64,000 nt of DNA from Octopus vulgaris. Taxonomy: Eukaryota. Below the pieces are notes generated by a model. The model worked only from the letters and a program-made list of their open reading frames with translations. It ran no database searches and was not told the DNA's origin. Shown piece by piece: positions 43,165 through 55,228 of the stretch (position 1 is the stretch's first letter; the number at the start of each line of letters is the position of its first letter). The position numbers and the translations under genes were made by a program. The DNA lies in assembly GCA_951406725.2 (NCBI GenBank), contig OX597816.1:8370001-8434000 (forward strand), in the 5' to 3' direction.

Positions 43165-43930
43165 CCCTTTCGTTACTATATTTCTGACCAAATTACGCCC
43201 CTTATGTGTTTCAATTAATTTCTAACGTAATCATAAATTTAGTCTGGTTTCATTAAACAACAATAACTTTTTTATTTATCAATATATTAACGTGAATTTT
43301 GGAAGATAATTTAATGAAATGTCCTCAACCAATTCTATATTATAATTTTTGTCACAAAGTGATTCTAATTGCAGGTAGATACAGGTAAATTCAACAATAT
43401 ATAAAATTATTTAAATTTTGTTCAAACATCGCTATAGAAAATGGGTTATTAGCTAATATTCAATTGGGTATACAACAAAATTTTACGATAGAATTTGTTA
43501 TTCTGGGTAAGTTTCTGATACCCATAATAATATTTATGGCAAAATAGGCCTTAATTTCATTTAAGGTTGTGGGAAATAACAAACTATCCTTTCTTTCGTT
43601 TTGTTTACGTTTAGCGTAACGTTTCGTTTCTGCCGTAATGATTTCAAATGGGCTCATTCGGAAAAGTAAATAGAAATAGTCTAAGGCTTTACTCTTCTGG
43701 GAAAGTCTGTGGCTTGGTGCAGTTTCTTCAGAAAAATCACCGAAAGAAACAGTTTTTAAATTTTCACTCCATTCAGGTACCAATTCGTTTTCTTTATCGC
43801 TGTCGGATTCACTGTTTTCACTTTAATAGCTGCAAACTTGCAAAGACAAAGGAGGAGAAGGGTGATAGCGTCAGTGAAACAATTCGCTCCGTTTGTGTGT
43901 GTGTGCGTTTGCGTGTGGTGTAAACCACAT
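43165..43930 (-). mobile_element. piggyBac-type element remnant with transposase fragment
   Basis: TTAA|CCCTTTCGTTAC end similar to 6579-7149; ORF 43460-43783 ALDYFYLLF..IITAETKRYA..TTLNEIKAYFAINIIMGIRNLP; far end not found. Confidence 0.7.
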
Positions 43931-44800
43931 TAAGAAAAACATTTGACATACACACCAGAATGTGAGTTTTCTGTAAATTTTGCTTAATTGGAGTTTAAAT
44001 TTTAAAAACTGGACCTGGCATGACCCGATGCATTCTACTCTTAAAAATGCTAGGTAAATTGTAATTGAAGAAATCCTATATTGTAGATTTCTATAAGTTA
44101 CAAAGGGAGGCAGATAAAATCTGCCTTTTATAATAAGAGATACACACACACACACACACATACATACATATACACACACAAATTATATGTACGTATCTAT
44201 ATATATATATATATATATATATAGGCATCCGTGTCAGTGACATGTAAAAGCACCAACTGATCGTGGGTGCTGGTAGCCTCCCCTGGCCCCTGTGCCGATG
44301 GCACATAAAAAGCACCCACTACACTCACGGAGTGGTTGGTGTTAGGAAGGGCATCCAGCTGTAGAAACACTGCCAGACCAGAATGGAACTTGGTGCAGCC
44401 TCCTGGCTTCCCAGACCCCGGTCGAACCATCCAACCCATGCCAGCATGGAAAACAGACGTTAAACGATGATGATGATGATGATGACATCATACATTGTAC
44501 CCAGTGCAAGCTTTGGATACATACAAGGTGTAGCAGTATCACAGGAAGGCAAATGGAGAAAATAGTACAATACAAACAGGGTGATATTTTTTCAAATGCA
44601 ACATTGCTGTTAGAACAGCAGAGATATTGGGTAAATTACCCTTACAAAGCAGAAAAAGTTGTCAACAACCAGCCATGGGATTCGAACCCATACCCCACAA
44701 GACACTGGCTGAGTGCTTTATCATTAATCTAAACTACCCATTGACAACTCATCCGCCAATTATAGATATTAAATAGCTTAGTGAACAACCACATGTGTAT

Positions 44801-46365
44801 CATAAAGGTCCATGGAAGCAAGGGATGCCATGCTTACCTTAAAAATTATAGGAACAAAATTGAAATTATTTATTTTTCATAAGATTGTTCTAATGTTTTC
44901 CAAAAACGGTGCCAATTCGCTGGAACTTGAATCATTCGTTGGTAGAAACAGTTTGTGAATATCATGAGCAACTTGCTGATTTATTCCTAAACGTCATTGA
45001 TAATTCGAGTAAATGGGACACAGAAAGCTATACCTATGCTCAGGTGTTGTAATCTAATTTACAAAATTGTGAATTCAATTTTTTGTTTACACTAATGCAA
45101 CATTTGACATCCTCCAGAAAAAAGAAAAAAAACATTTGACATATCCTACTGTAATTCGTAAAGTAAATGAAATTGTGAAAGTTTTGAAAGAAAAAAGACA
45201 CATGAATTTTCTAAATTTTGGGCTAACTTTGATGGTATTTATCCTCAAATGAAGAAAAGAAAAAATACGTTTGAAACAGAAGATACAGGCAGCTGTTGTA
45301 CAAAATTATAGATTCAATTTGCGAGCAAATTGAGTTACGATTTCAAAATTTAAATGAATTACATTTTTTAGTGTCTTTTGATCCAATGAGACAAAATAAC
45401 GACGTCCAGGAAACATCTCTAACTTGCCTTAACCCTCTAGTATTTAAACCGGTTGTATCTGGCCCGAATATTCTACACATTTTATGCTCAAACTGGCCAG
45501 ATCCAGACTCTCACACCTCCCCTGCGATGTCATTCTAAAAATAAACAATTACATCTTTCAAATCTTGAAGCTACAAGATAATACCAGATTAATTTTTTAA
45601 AATGTAAATGAATAAGGATTACTTCTGACATATTAATTTGAACGCTAAAGGGTTAAACATTCTTTTGGAGATTATTTCGACAGCCAAAAGTTAAGAAGCA
45701 GACTTACTGCCTTTGTACAAAGATGCTGAACTAAAAGGAAAATCCATTCAAGATTTACTTTACCTTCTGTATAATAGTGGATTAGAGGAAGCTTTGCCCC
45801 AGTTAACGAAGCTTTCTGCTACAGTGGATCGCTCCTTTTCATACCTAAGGAGAATTCATAGTTATACGAGAAAGGTTGAGCAGTTTAGCTCTAACTGGCT
45901 TAGAAAATGCCATTTTAAAAATCATTAACCCATCCGTTACTGTATTTCTTTTGAGATGCTCTGTGTTTCTTTCAATCAATTTTAAATATAACAAAGAATT
46001 TAGTAAAATAACTTAGCTATCATTAAGCTAGTTAGGAACATAAATTGTGACTAAGGTTTGGTGGAAGATTTTAATTCAAAAATTATGGAAACAAGACATT
46101 TGTACTCAGTGCCAGAGTCGGTTTCAGCCGGGTTGGTAACAAAAGGGTTAAGAACGATACCTTCTACAATGATGTTATCGACAATTTCAACAAGAGAGAC
46201 GGATTGAATTAACATTTAAATAAAATGGGTAAGTTTTAATTGTGTATTTTTTATTTTAAAAATAGCTGTATAATATGAACTTGTTAATTTGATTCAAATA
46301 TCTATGTGACTGAAAATTTTGGTCATTGCTTCCCCAGCCAGAAAGAAACCCACACACCTCTCATG
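44801..46365 (+). mobile_element. Decayed hAT transposon containing two TTAA MITEs (45429-45656, 45925-46151)
   Basis: IIDSICEQIELRFQNL and LPQLTKLSATVDRSFSYLRRIHSYTR resemble the hAT C-terminal dimerisation region; weak TIRs. Confidence 0.65.
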
Positions 46366-46412
46366 TATGTGTGTGTATATATATAAACAAACTTACATTT
46401 GTTTTTATTGGA

Positions 46413-47005
46413 AGGATGAAGGGTTCAAGGATGCCAAAACAACTCTTTCATGGAGAGTTAGCTAAAGGAGAACGACCTCCACATAAACCAAAAAAGAGGT
46501 ATAAGGACTTGCTGAAGGCTTCCTTAAGAGATGCTTGCATCTCTCCTGACACATGGGAAGGCATAGCTATTGATCGTAGCAGGTGGAGAAGGTTTGTTCA
46601 TGAGGGGACAGCTACTTTTGAGAAATTTCGAGTTGCGCTTGAGAAAGTAAGGAGGGATGTCAGGAAGGGCGTCGCTGTTATACTTCCAGATGGGAAGGGT
46701 TTTCCTATGATGCTGACATACAGTGTCTGTGAAAGACCCTGCCTCAGTAAAGCTGGACTCAAGAGTCATCTTCGTAGTCATAAAGCGAGACGGATGAGTG
46801 ACAACCTGGCCACTGGTGGTAGTGTAACACACCATACTAATCATATGTGGAAGAGAGTGTAATTCGGCCGGTAAAGTCTTAGCTGTTAATTCTGTACAAG
46901 ACATTGTAGATCTTTAGCTGGGCTAAAAAGTCACATTCAATCACAGCACCAATAACAGTTAAGCTCCGTGCAATGGCCATATTCGATAACGAGGGGGCAG
47001 CCATC
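46413..47005 (+). mobile_element. 5'-truncated RTE-clade LINE with C-terminal zinc finger
   Basis: RMPKQLFHGEL..KKRYKDLLK..WEGIAIDRSRWR..CERPCLSKAGLKSHLRSH; about 35-bp flanking duplication TATATAAACAAACTTACATTTGTTTTTATTGGA. Confidence 0.8.
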
Positions 47006-47036
<31 letters not shown>

Positions 47037-47589
47037 AACAAACTTACATTTGTTTTTATTGGAGGTATATATATATATACATACACACGTGGTTGTTCAC
47101 TAAGCTATTTAGTAACTAAAATCCTCAGATGAGTTATCAGTAGGCAGTTTAGCTTAATGGAAAAGTCCTCATCCGGTGTCTTGGGGGGGGGGGGGTCAAC
47201 TCCCATGGCTGTTTGTTGACAACTTTTTCTGCCTTTTAAGGGTAATTTCTGCTGTTCTAATGGCAATGCTGATTCGAAGTAATATCACTTCCTTGTTTAA
47301 AAAGCACTACTGACCTTACCTGTGCTTATGCCACGTAAAAAGTCCACTTTGTTGAGTGGTTGGTGTTAGGAAGGTCATCCAGCTGTAAAAATCCTGCCAA
47401 AACAGTCACAGAAGTCTGGTGCTGGCTTCTGCCTGGCTGGCTCTTGTCAAACCATCCCACCCATGCTAGCATGGAAGGCTGACGTTAAACAATGATGATG
47501 TTTGTATTGTACAATATACATTCAAACACTTCTAATAAAAACAAATGTAAGTTTATATATATATATATATATATATACACATACACACG

Positions 47590-48425
47590 TGGAGAAAATA
47601 GTCTTTATGTGTGTGGCAAATGTGTAGGTACTGAAAGCTCTAAAAATGCAAACAATAGACTCTCAAATGTTCAGGGAGATCATTAGAAGTGTTAGCTTTT
47701 GTTACTTAGGAGACCAAGTTAGTAGTGGAGAAGGAAGATCCGAAAGTGTAGTTGCTAGAATAAGAATAGGCTGGGAAAAGTTCAGAGAGCAGCTACCTTT
47801 GTTGGTAAGTAAGGGCCTCTCCTTTAGAGTGAAAAGCAGATTGCATGATGCCTGTGTACATGCGGCTGTGTTACATGGTAGTGAAATATGGGCTTTGATT
47901 ACAGAGGACTTGCAAAGGCTTGGAAAAAAAATGAAGCTAGCATGCTCTGCTGAATAGGTAATGCCAGTGAGCATGGATGACAGAGTGTATATGATTTATG
48001 AAGAAAACTGGGTACAAGAGGCATCAGGTGTTGTGTGCAGGAGAGAAGACTGTGCTGGTTTGGTCATGTGATGCGTAGGGATGAGGACTGCAGCATAAGC
48101 AAGGGCCAAGCTGTAATTGAGGAGGGATTAGACCCTGGAAGACTTGGGACAAAATGGTGAGCAAAGATCTTCAGATGCTGGGCCTCCTTGAGGAAATGAC
48201 AAGGGACTGGGAATTATGGGAATGTGCTGCTCTTGAGAAGACCTGTGAAGCTAAGTTAAACCGCTGTCATCCATACATACAGACTTGTCCTTTGCAGGTA
48301 GTGAGGCCACATTAAAATGCACTCATGTTGGTGCTGCATAAATACACCCATGCGGGTGGCACAGGAAAAGCACCCAGCACATTCTGTTAAGTGGCTGGTC
48401 TTAAGAAGGGCATCCAGCCATAGAA
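47590..48425 (+). mobile_element. Degenerate RTE LINE, downstream half (upstream half at 44488-44566)
   Basis: FCYLGD...RIRIGWEKFRE...LHGSEIW; homologous to 49500-50130. Confidence 0.8.
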
Positions 48426-49039
48426 ATAATGCCACAACATACATCTTCATCTGAGAGTGAAGGAACTTCTCCACAAGGTCATACCACCCAGTGCCATATT
48501 CCAACACCAGTAAGACTGGTGGAGATTTCTCCACCTGTACACTGGCAAGGAGGACAGACACATTAACCTCAGAATGGTTTGGATGGTTAGACAGGATCCA
48601 ATGAGTTAGAGGATCAGACTTTGTTCCAATGTCTCAGGTTCTGTGTGTAGTTTATACACCTGGATACTCTTTCTAACTGTAACCACTTCTTTACAGGGTC
48701 ACAAGGTGTGTTTCTTGTGGCTAAAGAGACCCTTCAGCAAAGCAGAAGATTAGAAGATAGAGTGGCCACCTGTAAACTGTTGAGAATGATGGAAGGAGTA
48801 GAAACAGTGTGTGGATGGAGTGGTGCCACAATGGGAGGTAACAGTAGAGGTGACATGACCAAGGAGTTGCAGAGAAGAGAGCATGGAAATAGGAGGTTCA
48901 ACAGGAGTGGGAAGAAAAATGTTGTCAGAATGTGAGGAGAGAGAGTAAGAGAGGCAGTCAGGTGTTTATTGGAGGTGAATGGTGAAGGGGACGATGACAA
49001 AAAATAGTGGATGGATGTCAATTGGGAGTAGATCAGAAA

Positions 49040-50570
49040 TGAGAGAAAGTGATGAATAGCAGTACAGAAATAATGATATGAAATAAGGACTGTACAGGCC
49101 CTTATACAGAGATGCCGTTAGTAGGGTTAGGATTTGCAATGAGTATAGTGAAGAATTCCAGGTAGGTGTCCACCAAGGATCAGCCCTCATCCCCATCTTA
49201 TTCATAATAGTTCTCCAGACAATAACAGATGAATTCAAGATAGGTTGCCCCTAGGAGCTCTTCTATGCTGATGGCTTGGCCCTCATAGCAGAATCACTAC
49301 CAGAACTAGAGAAGAAATTTCAAGTGTGGGAGCAAGGTTTAGAATTGTAGGACCTTAGAGTCAGTGTTGCAAAGAACAAAGTTCTAGTAAGTAGGAGAGC
49401 GCAATCTGTAGAAAAGGTGTAGGTAGAAATTCCATAAGATGCACCCAGTGTAAGCTATAGACACATAAGAGGTGCAGCAACATCAAAGGAAAATTAACCG
49501 AGAAGATAGCTTCCGTGTGCGGCAGATGCGCAGGGGCAATAAACACCACAGATGCTCAGAAAACAGATTCCATCACATGCTGGGAGAAAAACTAGAAGTA
49601 GTTGATAGATTCTGCTACCTAGGTGACCGAGTTTGTATTGGGGTTGGATGCTCAGAGAGTGTTACCACTAGAATAAGAATAGCCTGGGTAAAGCTCAGAA
49701 AGCTTCTACCCTTACTGGTGACAATGGGCCTCTTGCTCAGAGTGAAAAGTAGATTGTATGATGCATGTGTGCAAACTGCCATGCTTCACGGTAGTGAAAC
49801 ATGGGCTGTGACTGCTGAAGACATCCGTAGGCTTGAAAGAAATGAAGCTAGCATGATCCGCTGGATGTGTAATGTCAGCATGCACACACGACAGAGTGTA
49901 AATGCCCTGAAAGAAATGCTGGACATAAGAAGCATCGGATGTGACGTGCAAGAGAGATGTTTGCATTGGTATGGTAATGTACTGGACGAGCAGATCTGTG
50001 TGAAGTGCCACTTCCAAACAGTGGAAGGAATCCGGGGTAGAGGGAGACCCAGGAAGACATGAGATGAGGTGGTGAAGCATGACCTTCAAACGTTGGGCTT
50101 CAAAGAGGCAATGACAAAAGACAGAGACACCAGTGTCGCATAACCAGCCCACTCAAAAGTACCTTGAGTTGTAGGGCGACATGCTGTGCTTGAGGAGACC
50201 TATTGAGTCAAGTACATTAACATCAACATCAAATTACAATCAAATGGGAATTGTAGTTGTAACTCCCGTGCCAGTGGCACATAAAAAGCAACATCTGAAT
50301 GTGGCCGATGTCAGTGCCGCCTTGACTGTTTTCTATGTCGGTGGCACGTAAAAAGCTCTGTCTGATCGTGGTTGATGCCAGCCTCACCTGGCACATAAAA
50401 AGCACCTACTACACTCACGGAGTGGTTGGCGTTAGGAAGGGCACCCAGCTGTAGAAACACTGCCAGATCAGACTGGAGCCTTGTGCAGCCTCCTGGCTTC
50501 CCAGACCCCAGTTGAACCATCCAACCCATGCTAGCATGGAAAACGGACGTTAAACAATGATGATGATGAT
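49040..50570 (+). mobile_element. Degenerate RTE LINE (RT domain to 3' tail)
   Basis: GVHQGSAL..ELFYADGL, FCYLGD, LHGSETW, RGRGRPRKT, then repeat-rich 3'UTR and (ATG)n. Confidence 0.85.
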
Positions 50571-51285
50571 GATATATATGTATCTGCATTGACTGTATAT
50601 AAGATCCAATTTTACCAGCGTTTAGTCGAGGAGGCATGGAGTTCATAAGTCAGAAGTTCACTAAGTATAAAAATCAATGTGTACCGATGCATCATATCTA
50701 TATATATATATATATATGTATATATACTCTCTCTCTTTTACTCTTTTACTTGTTTCAGTCATTTGACTGCGGCCATGCTGGAGCACCGCCTTTTAGTCGA
50801 GCAAATCGACCCCGGGACTTATTCTCTGTAAGCCCAGTACTTATTCTATCGGTCTCTTTTGCCGAACCGCTAAGTGACGGGGACATAAACACACCAGCAT
50901 CGGTTGTCAAGCGATGTTGGGGGGACAAACACACACACATATATACGACGGGCTTCTTTCAGTTTCCGTCTACCAAATCCACTCACAAGGCATTGGTCGG
51001 CCCGGGGCTATAGCAGAAGACACTTGCCCAAGATGCCACGCTGTAGGACTGAACCCGAAACCATGTGGTTGGTTAGCAAGCTACTTACCACACAGCCACT
51101 CCTATGTATATTAGTTGTTACAATATAGAAAATAACTTTTTATAGTTGCTTCTGTACACAAGTTATTTGTAGATCTTCAGTCCATTCTGTACGATAGTTA
51201 GTAGTTTGTTTCATCTCTGTGACTACTAGAGAGAGAAAGTAATAAAGTCTAGGTAAGTAGAGATTGTGATAATTCTACTTTTGCA

Positions 51286-51560
51286 CATTCTGTTGTGCCT
51301 GGGGAGAGTCATTTTCTTTTTGTGCCTTATAATTTAACTCACTCACTGGTAAAATTTCCACTTCTTATTTTTATTTTCCCAACATTTTTGTTGCATCTTG
51401 AGAGTCAAGACTATTGAAAAGGTTGCAAAACGCAACAAAAATTTTAGGAAAATAAAAATAAGAAAAAAGTGGAAATTTTACTGGTGAGTGTGTTATATTA
51501 TAAGGCCCAAAAAGAAAATGACTCTCCCCAGACACAACAGAATATGCTTCAACACACGAA
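51286..51560. repeat. Head-to-head inverted pair of a dispersed short element (another copy at 62285-62435)
   Basis: 51288-51398 is the reverse complement of about 51426-51543. Confidence 0.75.
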
Positions 51561-52421
51561 CTCATATAAAGAATCTTGCAAACCAAATCCAAAAACGAAA
51601 TACTTTCACACATTAATCAGCATACTAAGACAACTGTACTCTTTGGGTCGATGCCAAGTGAACAAAGAAGTGGACTGATATTTGGTTGTGTATTCATATT
51701 CTTCATTACTAAATTAGGTCAAAGGATTTTTCCTCTCTAATCTGCTTTGACCACTGGATGACCAAGTGGTCAGTTTTAACTCATAAATTTCTTGGAGTAA
51801 GAAGCAAGAACAATTGGCATGGAGAACTTGTTTGAAACTGTGAACTTGATTCTGAATCTTGGCTTAGACATTTGGTAGATGTTCGCTATGTATATATTTC
51901 TGGATATGGCAGCAAGCTGGCAGAATCGTTAGCACGCTGGGTGAAATGCTTAGCGGTATTTCGTCTGCCGTTACATTCTGAGTTCAAATTCCGCCAAGGA
52001 TGACTTTGCCTTTCATCCTTTCGGGGTCGATAAATTAAGTACCAGTTACACACTGAGGTCAATGTAATCGACTAAATGTGTCTGTCTGTCCTTGTTTGTC
52101 CCCTCTGTGTTTAGCCCCTTGTGGGTAGTAAAGAAATAGGTATTTTGTCTGCCACTACGTTCCAAGTTCAAATTCCGCCGAGGTCAACTTTGCCTTTCAT
52201 CCTTTCAGAGTCATTTTTGCTTCAAACCATACAGATCTGCACAGGGACTGAATAGTCATCTGGAGAGTCATGAATGGAAAGTTAGAAAAGCCATTGACAA
52301 TGAGGAAGCACAAACTGATGGCAAGCATCTCTGAAGACAGAACAATCACCATATATGTATGTATATGTGTATGAGAAAAATAAGACACTTCAAATGTATG
52401 TTAGAAAATAATTCAATAGTC

Positions 52422-52461
<40 letters not shown>

Positions 52462-52464
<3 letters not shown>

Positions 52465-53782
52465 TAAGAATAGCCTGGGCAAAGTTTAGGGAGCTCTTAC
52501 CTCTGCTGGTGACTAAAGGCCTCTCGCTCAGAGTAAAAGGCAGACTGTATGATGCGTGTGTACGAACAGCCATGCTACATGGCAGCGAAACATGGGCCGT
52601 GACTGCTGAGGACATGCGTAAGCTCGTGAGGAATGAAGCCAGTATGCTCCGATGGATGTGTAATGTCAGTGTACATACTCGACAGAGCGTTAGCACCTTG
52701 AGAGAAATGTTGTACCTAAGAAGCATCAGTTGTGGTGTGCAAGAGAGACGATTGCGCTGGTATGGTCATGTGGCGAGAATGGATGAAGATAGGTGTGTGA
52801 GAAAGTGCCAATCCCTAGCAGTTGAGGGAACCCGTGGAAGAGGTAGACCCAGGAAAACCTGGGACGAGGTGGTGAAGCACGACCTTCGAACTTTAGGCCT
52901 CACTGAGGAAATGACCAGAGACCGAGACCTTTGGAAATATTCTGTACGTGAGAAGACCAGGCAGGACAAGTGAGCCCAGCCCACTTATGAATGCCTTTCC
53001 TCCCTTGGACACAAAGACCGGTTGAGGCAAGCGAAGTCGATATAGAACCTCATCCGACGACAGACACCCATGCCAACCCCCCATGCTTGCGAAGACATGT
53101 TGGGGCAAGCGAAATCGAAACCGAATTGAACCAGCCAGGATCCCTGGCCTGGTGGTACGTAAAAAGCACTATCCGACTCGTGGCCGTGGCACGTAAAATA
53201 CTCCAATGCGACCGTACGACAGGCACCCATGCCAACCCCCTTTGCTTGTGAAGACATGTTGGGGCAAGCGAAATCGAAATCGAATTGAACCAGCCAGGAT
53301 CCCTGGTCTGATGGTACGTAAAAAGCACTATCCGACTCGTGTGCCTGTGGCACGTAAAATACTCCAATGCGACCGTACGACAGGCACCCTTGCCAACCCC
53401 CTTTGCTTGTGAAGACATGTTGGGGCAAGCGAAATCGAAATCGAATTGAACCAGCCAGGATCCCTGGTCTGGTGGTACGTAAAAAGCACTATCCGACTCG
53501 TGGCCGATGCCAGCACCGCCTCGACTGGCTTCCGTGCCGGTGGCACATAAAATACACCAATCTGACCGTGGCCGTTGCCAGCCCCGCCTGGCACCTGTGC
53601 AGGTGGCACGTAAAAAGCACCCACTACACTCACGGAGTGGTTGGCGTTAGGAAGGGCATCCAGCTGTAGAAACATTGCCAAATTAGACTGGAGCCTGGTG
53701 CAGCCTTCTGGCTTCCCAGAACCCCGGTCGAACCGTCCAACCCATGCTAGCATGGAGAACGGACGTTAAACGACGATGATGA
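52462..53782 (+). mobile_element. Young 5'-truncated RTE LINE: intact ORF C-terminus plus long 3'UTR
   Basis: Uninterrupted IRIAWAKFRELLPLL...LHGSETW...RRLRWYGHVARM...GRGRPRKTW to stop 52973; CpG-rich; lies between (TA)n runs. Confidence 0.9.
53058..53505 (+). repeat. About 2.8 tandem copies of a 160-bp unit within the LINE 3'UTR
   Basis: Units start at 53058, 53217 and 53378. Confidence 0.9.
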
Positions 53783-53801
53783 TATATATATATATATATG
53801 T

Positions 53802-54139
53802 GAAGGCGCATGGCTCAGTGGTCAGAGCGTCGAGCTTACGATCGTGAGGTTGTGAGCTCGAATCCCGGACCGGGCTGCGTGTTGTGTTCTTGAGCAAGGC
53901 ACTTTATTTCACGTTGCTCCAGTTCACTCAGCTGTAGAAATGAGTTGCGACGTCACCGGTGCCAAGCTGTATCGACCTTTGTCTTTCCCTTGGATAATAC
54001 TGGTGGCGTGGAGAGGGGAGGCTGGTATGCATGGGCGACTGCTGGTCTTCCATAAACAACCTTGCCCGGACTTGTGTCTAGGAGGGTAACTTTCTAGGTG
54101 CAATCCCATGGTCATTCATGACCGAAGGGGGTCTTTACC

Positions 54140-54143
<4 letters not shown>
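53802..54143 (+). mobile_element. tRNA-derived SINE family E
   Basis: Head GAAGGCGCATGGCTCAGTGG...CTCGAATCCC; antisense copy at about 29320-29628; in (TA)n. Confidence 0.8.
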
Positions 54144-54181
<38 letters not shown>

Positions 54182-54980
54182 CAACCCATGCTAGCATGGA
54201 AAGTGGACGTTAAACGATGATGATATATAACAGGCGCAGGAGTGGCTGTGTGGTAAGTATCTTGCTTACCAACCACATGGTTCCGGGTTCATTCCCACAG
54301 CGTGGCACTTTGGGCAAGTGTCTGCTACTATAGCCTCGAGCTGACCAAAGCCTTGTGAGTGGATTTGGTAGAAGGAAACTGAAAGAAGCCCGTCGTATAT
54401 ATGTATATATATATATATGTGTGTGTGCGTATGTTTGTGTGTCTGTGTTTGTCCCCCCCCCCCCCCAACATCGCTTGACAACCGATGGTGGCGTGTTTAC
54501 GTCCCCGTAACTTAGCGGTTCGGCCAAAGAGACCGATAGAATAAGTACTAGGCTTCCAAAGAATAAGTCCTGGAGTCGATTTGCTCGACTAAAGGCGGTG
54601 CTCTGAATCAAGTAAAAGAGTAAAAGATATATAGAAAGAGAGGCGGGGCACAATGAGTAAATTTTTGCTGCATTTTTGACTTTGAGAACAAATACATTTT
54701 TTAATAACTTTTCGCTATCTTACAAAAACTATATCAGCTGAGCAAATGACTTTCTCTAAATGCATTAAAAAGGCTATGACATATTCAGAAAACTATTTCA
54801 AGAAATTGCCTCTGCTTTCTTTGAGCAAATAAAAGATGAATTTAGGTGAGGCAAAATGAGTCAGCTAAGACAAGGTGAATTTGCCTCTCCAGTTCTACAG
54901 GATTACATTCGGAAAACGACTCATACACATCGATATCCATCTTTAGACATCAGACAGATTTTAAAAATGTAACAAAGATT

Positions 54981-55228
54981 GGTACTATTTAAGAAGAGTT
55001 GTCCCGGTGCGCGCACTCGCGCTAGCTAGGCGTGACTAGTCGATCCTTAATTTGTGTTTTTGTATTTTATTTACTTTGTTTTAAAAAATTATTTACTTTG
55101 TGTAAAAAAATTATTTATTTTGTGTTTTATTTACTTTGCTAGGTAGTCGTTGTAAGATCGACTAGTCACGACTAGCTAGCGCGTGTACGCGAGTGCGAGC
55201 ACCGGGACCACTCTTCTTAAATAGTACC
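54981..55228. mobile_element. Mutator-like MITE
   Basis: About 85-90-bp TIRs starting GGTACTATTTAAGAAGAG; perfect 9-bp TSD ACAAAGATT (54972-54980, 55229-55237). Confidence 0.88.

Noticed and set aside
52985-53753. Several overlapping 100-150-aa ORFs with internal repeats
   Set aside because: Caused by the 160-bp tandem repeat in a GC-richer LINE 3'UTR.
53802-53875. tRNA-like sequences (also 2821, 3989, 9501, 26436, 44671)
   Set aside because: They have A/B boxes but run straight into repeat bodies and lack a clean cloverleaf; SINE heads, not tRNA genes.
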